Part shown: piece after piece, positions 55,942 to 61,894 of the stretch
How the letters are laid out: each line of letters begins with the position of its first letter
How positions within the stretch are numbered: the stretch's first letter is position 1
Source of the DNA: Pseudomonadota bacterium
Lineage (GTDB): Bacteria > Pseudomonadota > Alphaproteobacteria > Sphingomonadales > Sphingomonadaceae
Assembly (NCBI GenBank): GCA_046733135.1
Contig: JBKPON010000013.1
Location: 1-61,894 of the forward strand
Length of the DNA: 61,894 bases
Direction: 5' to 3'
Position numbers and translations under genes: made by a program
Notes under the pieces: generated by a model
Told to the model about the DNA's origin: nothing
Database searches by the model: none
Seen by the model: only the letters and a program-made list of their open reading frames with translations

Positions 55942-58278
55942 CTAACCCGCCATACGCTTAGCGCCAAGACCGAGTACCATTTGGTTGGCGCGTTCGTAAG
56001 AGAGCGGCTTGCCGAACAGGTAACCCTGGATCGTGTCGCAGCCGAGTTCGCGCATGCGTTGGAAATCCTCGGCCGTTTCGACGCCTTCGGCCGTGACCGA
56101 CATGCGGAAGCTCTTGGCGAGCTGCACAATCGATTGGATGATGGCAACGTTCTCCGGCCGCGAGCCAGCTTCGCGGACGAAGCTGCCGTCGATCTTCAAT
56201 TTGTGGAAGACGGCCTTGTTCAAATAGCCGATCGACGAATAGCCGGTGCCGAAATCATCCAGCGCGATTCCGACGCCGAGCGCGCGCAAGCGCTTCAGCA
56301 CGTCGAGGGTCGCCCCATTGTCGCCGAGGAACACCCCTTCAGTTACCTCCAGCTCCACGCGGTTGCCGGTGATCCGGTAACGGGCGAGCGCTTCACTCAC
56401 GAGGTTGGGTAGCGAGGGCTGGATGATCTGTTTGGGGCTGATGTTCACCGCGACGGTGATTGGTTCGGGCCAGGTGGCCACGGCGCGGCATGCCTCGTCG
56501 ATCACCCATTCTCCGATCGCAGTCATCAGACCCGTCTCCTCCGCGACCGGAATGAAGACGTTGGGCGGGACCAAGCCGCGCTGCGGGTGGTTCCAGCGGA
56601 TCAGCGCCTCGAAGCCGACGAGCTTCTGCGTATGGGCATTGATCAGCGGCTGAAAGGCGAGGTGGAACTGCTTAGAGGCGATCGCCGAGCGAAGATCGCT
56701 TTCGAGGCGGACCCGGTCTTCTTGCTCCGACTGAAGCTCGGAAGAGAAATAGCGCGCCACGCCGCGCCCGGCATCCTTTGCCTGGTAGAGCGCGAGGTCG
56801 GCTTTGAGAATCAAATCGTCGACGGTCGCGCCGTCGATCGGGCCGAATGCGCAACCGATCGACACGCCGATGCGAATCTCCGTCTGGTCGATCTGATAAG
56901 GTTCCTTGATCGCGACGATGATGCGGTCGGCGAGCGCTTCCACCTTCTTGCGGCTCTGCGCGTCAGTCACGACGATGGCGAACTCGTCGCCGCCCATGCG
57001 GCCGACATGCCCGTCGATGCCGACTTCGTCGACCAGGCGTTTGGCGACGGCTCGTAGCACTGCATCGCCCTTGGGATGGCCGAACGTGTCGTTGACCGGT
57101 TTGAAGCCATCCAGATCGAGGAACATGATAGCGCAGGGCACATTGCCGCTGGTCGCTGAACGCAGGGCTTCACCGAGAAGCTGGCGGACCCGGCCGCGGT
57201 TTGGTAGCCCGGAAAGAACGTCCACGTTGGCGAGGTGCGTCAGCCGCTCCTGCGTCTGGCGAATCTCCGTGATGTCCGATCCCACGCCTCGGAACCCTTC
57301 GAAGCGGCCAGCGGTGTCGATGATTGGGTCCCCGGCGATCGAGATCCAACGCGAGCCGCGGGCCGTGCTCAGCTCCATGTCGAGCGCGTTGAAAGGCTGG
57401 CGCTCGAGCAGCACCTTGCCGAGTTCGGCGTTGCCTCCGAGCAGGGCAGGCAGCGAGTGGCCGATGAGCTGGCCGGCGGGCTTGCCGAGTAGCGCGCTCA
57501 TCCTCGACGAGATGTAGCTCACGCGATTGTCGTTATCGACCTGCCACAGCCAGCCGACGCCGCGCTGCTCATATTCTTGCAGGAGCAGGCTCGCGCTCTC
57601 GCTTTGGCTACCGACGTCGGCGTTGGTCTTGAGCTGGTGGAAGGCCCAGCGCGCGACCGTGAAAACGCCAAAGATCGCGACGCCCAACGTGAAGACAATC
57701 GAACTCATGTGCTGAAACGGCAGCGTATGCCGGCCGAGTAGCAGAACACCCCCGACGCCGCCGGTGAACGCGACCATCCAGGCGGTGACGCAAGGAGGGG
57801 TCACAACGAGGCCCAGCGCCCCGATTCCAAGCCCCGCCATCAACGATGCTGCGATGACCTGTGTGCCTGGGTCGAGGTTCTGGAAAAAGGCAAGCGGAAG
57901 GCTGATCCAAAGAACGGCGCGAACGACCACTTCGCCGACCAGAGTCCAGGTCGGGACTCGGCGGCTGGAGCGACCGACGCAAGTTACGGACTGGATGCGC
58001 GCAACGTGCATGGCCGCCAGATTGATCGCCCCCACTCCCGCGACCCAGGGTATCAGCCAGGTCAGCGCGACTTTTCCCCAAAGGTTGGCCGCCATCAGCA
58101 CAGCTGCGACGATATTGGCGGAGGTGAAGAAAGGTGCGAGCTGGGCGCGCGAGATCAGCTGCACGTCGCGGAGCGGCGAACTTTCGTCCTCCGCTCCGCG
58201 AATTGCGAGCCCGGCCGATTCACCGCCGGGAAGTCGCGCTGAAATCAAGCGCTTATAACGATCTGGAGCCTCGTACAT
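55942..58278 (-). CDS. Membrane PAS-GGDEF-EAL c-di-GMP enzyme
   Basis: TM region, PAS (FRGVGSDITE), RMGGDEF, FEALIRW, LDDFGTGYSS, EGVET, QGYLF. Confidence 0.93.
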   Translation of the reverse strand: MYEAPDRYKRLISARLPGGESAGLAIRGAEDESSPLRDVQLISRAQLAPFFTSANIVAAVLMAANLWGKVALTWLIPWVAGVGAINLAAMHVARIQSVTCVGRSSRRVPTWTLVGEVVVRAVLWISLPLAFFQNLDPGTQVIAASLMAGLGIGALGLVVTPPCVTAWMVAFTGGVGGVLLLGRHTLPFQHMSSIVFTLGVAIFGVFTVARWAFHQLKTNADVGSQSESASLLLQEYEQRGVGWLWQVDNDNRVSYISSRMSALLGKPAGQLIGHSLPALLGGNAELGKVLLERQPFNALDMELSTARGSRWISIAGDPIIDTAGRFEGFRGVGSDITEIRQTQERLTHLANVDVLSGLPNRGRVRQLLGEALRSATSGNVPCAIMFLDLDGFKPVNDTFGHPKGDAVLRAVAKRLVDEVGIDGHVGRMGGDEFAIVVTDAQSRKKVEALADRIIVAIKEPYQIDQTEIRIGVSIGCAFGPIDGATVDDLILKADLALYQAKDAGRGVARYFSSELQSEQEDRVRLESDLRSAIASKQFHLAFQPLINAHTQKLVGFEALIRWNHPQRGLVPPNVFIPVAEETGLMTAIGEWVIDEACRAVATWPEPITVAVNISPKQIIQPSLPNLVSEALARYRITGNRVELEVTEGVFLGDNGATLDVLKRLRALGVGIALDDFGTGYSSIGYLNKAVFHKLKIDGSFVREAGSRPENVAIIQSIVQLAKSFRMSVTAEGVETAEDFQRMRELGCDTIQGYLFGKPLSYERANQMVLGLGAKRMAG

Positions 58279-58322
58279 CCGCCCGCCGTTCCACGTGTGC
58301 AAAACGGGGTAGACAAAGAGCG

Positions 58323-58390
58323 TTTATGGCCGGTTAAGACCCCTTCCTTTGGCGGCATAGATTTAGCTGTTGCTGTTAACCTCAGTTTAT
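58323..58390. promoter_or_regulatory. Two CtrA-like boxes
   Basis: TTTA-N7-TTAA at 58323-58337 and GTTAA-N7-TTAT at 58375-58390. Confidence 0.5.
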
Positions 58391-58549
58391 TCGGGGAGGT
58401 CGTTGTTGGGATTTTGGCTTCGTTGACCCACTTTCGGCGATTTGGCTGGATGAAGCTCCGGTGAAGCCGTCTTGTATCGCGATCCCTGGGCCCGTCATGA
58501 AACGGCAAAACTGGCGACCCTCGTTCGTGCGGCCTATATCGGCCCCAGG

Positions 58550-59725
58550 ATGGCGACCGACAGCGTAACCCTGGATCGACGAGCAACGGCGCCGCGGCGC
58601 GTGTCGCCCGACGCGTCGGAAATCCGCTCGCCAGCGGCACCGATCGCGCGTGGCATCGGCCTCGATCAGCCCTTCTTCGATGACAAGAACCGTGCCTTCT
58701 GGATTTTACAGTCGATCGGATGGAGCGGATTTTTCTTCCTCCGATCGCTGTCCGGCTTCGCCAACAGCATGGGATGGATGTGGCTGGTCCACACGTTGCT
58801 GCTGACCGCTACCGGTTATTCGCTGACGCTGCTGATGGCGTCGCTCTATCGGCGGCTGATCAAGATGAAGCCGATCTGGACGGCGGTGCTGTCGTTCGCC
58901 ACGGTCGTCCTCGCGTCCGCCGCCTTCTCCGTTATCGAAACGTGGAGCGTCGCGACCTTTCTCAAGCCTGAGCTGAAGCCGGTCGGGATCAAGCTGCTCA
59001 GCCCGATCCTCCTCGATTTCGCGCTACTCGCCGCTTGGTCTGCTCTCTATTACGGCATCAACTACTTCCTGTTGCTCGAGGAGCAGATCAATCAGCGCGA
59101 GAAGTTAGAAAGCCAGGCGTCGACCGCCCAACTGGCAATGCTCCGCTACCAGCTCAACCCGCACTTCCTGTTCAACACCTTAAACTCGATCTCGACCCTC
59201 GTGCTCCTGAAGCAGACGGAGCGGGCGAACGCCATGCTGGCGCGGCTCTCCTCCTTCCTGCGCTATACGCTGGTCAATGAGCCTGCTGGAAAAGTTACCC
59301 TGGCGCAGGAAGTCGAGACGCTGAAACTCTATCTCGAGATCGAGAAGATGCGGTTCGAGGACCGGCTCCGGCCACATTTCCGGGTCGATGCGGACACGAT
59401 CGGCGCGCGGCTACCGTCACTGTTGCTCCAGCCGCTTATCGAAAATGCGATCAAATATGCGGTGACGCCGAGTGAAGACGGCGCCGACATCTGGATCACG
59501 GCGATGCGCGAGGGCCAGGCGGTGCGCATCGAGGTAACCGACAACGGCAGCGCGGAGACAACAGAACTGAGCGCTAGCCCCTCCACTGGAGTCGGCTTGG
59601 CGAACATTCGGGACAGACTGTCGCAGGCCTATGGCGCGGCGCACCGTTTCGAGACCAGGACGAACGACACAGGGGGCTTTAGCGTTATCATCGATATTCC
59701 TTTCGAAACCGGAGAAAAGCCCTGA
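58550..59725 (+). CDS. LytS/YehU-type sensor histidine kinase
   Basis: Four TM; QLNPHFLFNTLNSI, LQPLIENAIKY, GVGLANI. Confidence 0.93.
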   Translation: MATDSVTLDRRATAPRRVSPDASEIRSPAAPIARGIGLDQPFFDDKNRAFWILQSIGWSGFFFLRSLSGFANSMGWMWLVHTLLLTATGYSLTLLMASLYRRLIKMKPIWTAVLSFATVVLASAAFSVIETWSVATFLKPELKPVGIKLLSPILLDFALLAAWSALYYGINYFLLLEEQINQREKLESQASTAQLAMLRYQLNPHFLFNTLNSISTLVLLKQTERANAMLARLSSFLRYTLVNEPAGKVTLAQEVETLKLYLEIEKMRFEDRLRPHFRVDADTIGARLPSLLLQPLIENAIKYAVTPSEDGADIWITAMREGQAVRIEVTDNGSAETTELSASPSTGVGLANIRDRLSQAYGAAHRFETRTNDTGGFSVIIDIPFETGEKP

Positions 59726-60528
59726 TGACTATCCGGACCATTTTGGTCGACGACGAACCCCTGGCGACGCAGGGCCTGCAGCTCAGGCTGCAAGCACATG
59801 AAGACGTCGACGTGGTCGCGACCGCCGCAAACGGTCGCGAAGCGATCCGTCAGATCAAGACCCACAAGCCCGATCTCGTTTTCCTCGACATCCAAATGCC
59901 GGGCTTCGACGGCTTTTCGGTCATCCAAGGACTGTTGGACATCGAACCTCCATTGTTCGTCTTCGTCACAGCTTTCATCGAACATGCACTACGTGCATTC
60001 GACGCCCAGGCGGTCGATTATTTGATGAAGCCGGTCGACGAGGATCGGCTTGCGGCAACGATGGATCGGGTGCGTCAGCGGTTGAGCGAGAAACGCAGTG
60101 CGGAAGAATCGGAGCGCCTCAAGGAAGCGCTCGCCGAGCATGCTCCCGAAGCTGCCGAAGAGCTGGCGGAGGCCGCGCCGGAGGGGCCCGCCGCCAACCG
60201 ATATGAGAAGATGATCAACATCAAGGATCAGGGACAGATCTTCCGGGTCGACGTCGACACCATCGAACGCATCGATGCGGCTGGTGATTACATGTGCATC
60301 CAGACGGGCGACAACACGCTCATTCTGCGCGAGACGATGAAGGACCTGGAAAAACGCCTCGACCCGCGCCGGTTCCAGCGCGTCCACCGCTCCACGATCG
60401 TCAACCTCGACCTCGTCCGCCAGGTGAAGCCACATACCAATGGCGAGTGTTTCCTGGTGCTCGATAGCGGCGCCCAAGTTAAGGTTTCCCGTAGCTATCG
60501 CGACGTCGTTGCTAGGTTCGTCCACTAA
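59725..60528 (+). CDS. LytTR family response regulator
   Basis: VDDEP, FLDIQMP, DYLMKP; FQRVHRSTIVN, VSRSY. Confidence 0.95.
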   Translation: MTIRTILVDDEPLATQGLQLRLQAHEDVDVVATAANGREAIRQIKTHKPDLVFLDIQMPGFDGFSVIQGLLDIEPPLFVFVTAFIEHALRAFDAQAVDYLMKPVDEDRLAATMDRVRQRLSEKRSAEESERLKEALAEHAPEAAEELAEAAPEGPAANRYEKMINIKDQGQIFRVDVDTIERIDAAGDYMCIQTGDNTLILRETMKDLEKRLDPRRFQRVHRSTIVNLDLVRQVKPHTNGECFLVLDSGAQVKVSRSYRDVVARFVH

Positions 60529-60584
60529 GGGGGCGTGGGCTAACCTAGCGCCGGCTACAGCCGCGGCGAGGACCCCTAAAAGGC

Positions 60585-61592
60585 TCAGGGAGTGACTGGA
60601 AGGCGCACGGTCACGCTGGTTCCGATCCCCACCGTGCTCTTGATTTCCAGTGAGCCGCGATGCCGCTCGACAATGTGTTTGACGATGGCGAGCCCGAGAC
60701 CGGTACCGCCGGACTCGCGGCTGCGTGCGGCATCTACCCGGTAGAAGCGTTCGGTTATCCGCGGGAGATGCTCGCGCGCGATTCCGGGTCCGTGATCCGT
60801 CACCGTCAGCACGATCCACCGGCCATCCTGCCTCGCAGTGACTTCAATCGGTGAGCTCGTCCGGTCACAGCCGTAGCGCACCGCATTGCTCACGAGATTG
60901 TCGAGGACCTGGACGAGCTGTGTGCGGTCGCCACGGACTCCGGGCATATTGGGCGCTAAATCAACCGAAAGGTCGCACCGCCCTCCGCCCCGGAACTGAT
61001 CGGCATTGGCGATTGCCGTTTCCACCACGTCGGCGATCGACACAGTCCCGCTGGGCACAAGATAACGGTCCGCCTCAATGCGCGACAAGCTCATCAAGTC
61101 CTCGATGATGCGCAACATTCGCCTGGCTTCGTCGCGGATTGTCCGGCCGAAATTCGAGCGCAGCTCGGCCGGAAGATCGTCTTCTTCAGCAAGAGTTTCC
61201 GCATAGCCGAGGATCGTGGAAAGCGGCGTGCGCAACTCATGACTGGCGTTCGCGACAAAATCGACGCGCATCTTTTCCGCCGAAACCGCTTCCGACCGAT
61301 CGGTCATACGGACCAAAGCGGAATTATTGCCAAGCTGGCGGATGACCAGCCGCCACGAGCGCCCGAGCTCGGCGATGCCGGTGGCATCGATTTCGGTCGA
61401 CCTGTGGGCGAGGATGCGTTCGAGTGCCTGCGGGTGACGGATCGCGAGGCGCACATCGCGCCCTTCGATGCCCGCGCCGAACAGCCTGCGCGCGGGCGGG
61501 TTCGCGAGCCGGACGAGGCTTCCCTCGACGACGAGTGCGGGTTCATCAAGGGCATCGACGAGCGAGCGCTCGGATGAATTCGGAGCCGTCAT
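60585..61592 (-). CDS. phoR: PhoR-like sensor histidine kinase
   Basis: PAS, DFVANASHELRTPL, TERFYRVD.ARSR..GGTGLGLAIVKHI; likely start ATG 61592. Confidence 0.8.
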   Translation of the reverse strand: MTAPNSSERSLVDALDEPALVVEGSLVRLANPPARRLFGAGIEGRDVRLAIRHPQALERILAHRSTEIDATGIAELGRSWRLVIRQLGNNSALVRMTDRSEAVSAEKMRVDFVANASHELRTPLSTILGYAETLAEEDDLPAELRSNFGRTIRDEARRMLRIIEDLMSLSRIEADRYLVPSGTVSIADVVETAIANADQFRGGGRCDLSVDLAPNMPGVRGDRTQLVQVLDNLVSNAVRYGCDRTSSPIEVTARQDGRWIVLTVTDHGPGIAREHLPRITERFYRVDAARSRESGGTGLGLAIVKHIVERHRGSLEIKSTVGIGTSVTVRLPVTP

Positions 61593-61643
61593 TGCGGGCT
61601 CTGTAGCCGATTGGTCAGAGTCAGCCACGTCTGGAGACGATGA

Positions 61644-61709
61644 GGCCCCCTCGCCGCTGGGACGAGGGGGCCGCCTTTCGAGCCGAAGGGGAGAGAGGGA
61701 CCGAAAGGC
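61644..61709. terminator. Tandem hairpins after the porin gene
   Basis: GGCCCCCTCG/CGAGGGGGCC (perfect 10 bp) and GCCTTTCG/CGAAAGGC. Confidence 0.55.
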
Positions 61710-61727
61710 TGACTTGGATTTCACGCT

Positions 61728-61894
61728 CTAGAAATCGACCTGTGCTCGAACCGTGAAGACGTCGACTCCATATTTCCGGCGATTGGCAGGCGTCGTCGTG
61801 CCGACCGGGAACATTCCCAGTTGCGGCGGGATTGGCGGGATGAACAGCGGATCCCCCGGGGTCGACACGGTCGCGCGGGGACCGCCGGTCACGT
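61728..61894 (-). CDS. Outer membrane porin C-terminus, probably OprO/OprP-like (partial)
   Basis: Open frame ending RKYGVDVFTVRAQVDF-stop; amphipathic last strand with terminal Phe; upstream of phoR. Confidence 0.65.
   Translation of the reverse strand, partial: VTGGPRATVSTPGDPLFIPPIPPQLGMFPVGTTTPANRRKYGVDVFTVRAQVDF

Noticed and set aside
1-61894. tRNA, rRNA, prophage or IS elements
   Set aside because: No cloverleaf, rRNA signature, transposase, integrase or phage gene recognised by eye; tRNAscan-SE and Infernal would be needed to be sure

Overview
GC-rich alphaproteobacterial chromosome segment, most likely a sphingomonad judging by gene content and protein signatures. About 60 CDSs. I found no rRNA, tRNA, CRISPR array, transposase or integrase. 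Core genes: partial ndh, bdhA, purE-purK, purT, gpmA, galE, type B rpmJ, manA, a ROK kinase, DUF47-pit with a near-perfect Pho box, a phoR-like kinase and a partial porin. Accessory loci: (1) a bufferin-type MNIO RiPP cluster (DUF2282-DUF692-DUF2063-DoxX) and a cupin-MFS-CMD operon flank a Cys-containing LysR gene, and both carry the same four-repeat LysR-type operator at the same distance from a -35/-10; (2) the 7.4-19.2 kb stretch holds at least six same-orientation ~30-bp imperfect palindromes built like tyrosine-recombinase sites (12-6-12), two of which tightly bracket one aspartic protease gene; (3) four dispersed small proteins share an ungapped 32-aa motif; (4) a structured sRNA candidate; (5) a TIR-TolB_N-TPR protein; (6) an ECF sigma / vWA lipoprotein / anti-sigma-like trio with TonB-box-like motifs; (7) a TetR-ABC efflux operon flanked by alpha/beta-hydrolase operons, including a cNMP-thioredoxin-reductase-like protein with no CxxC. 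All calls come from reading motifs by eye; no database search was run.
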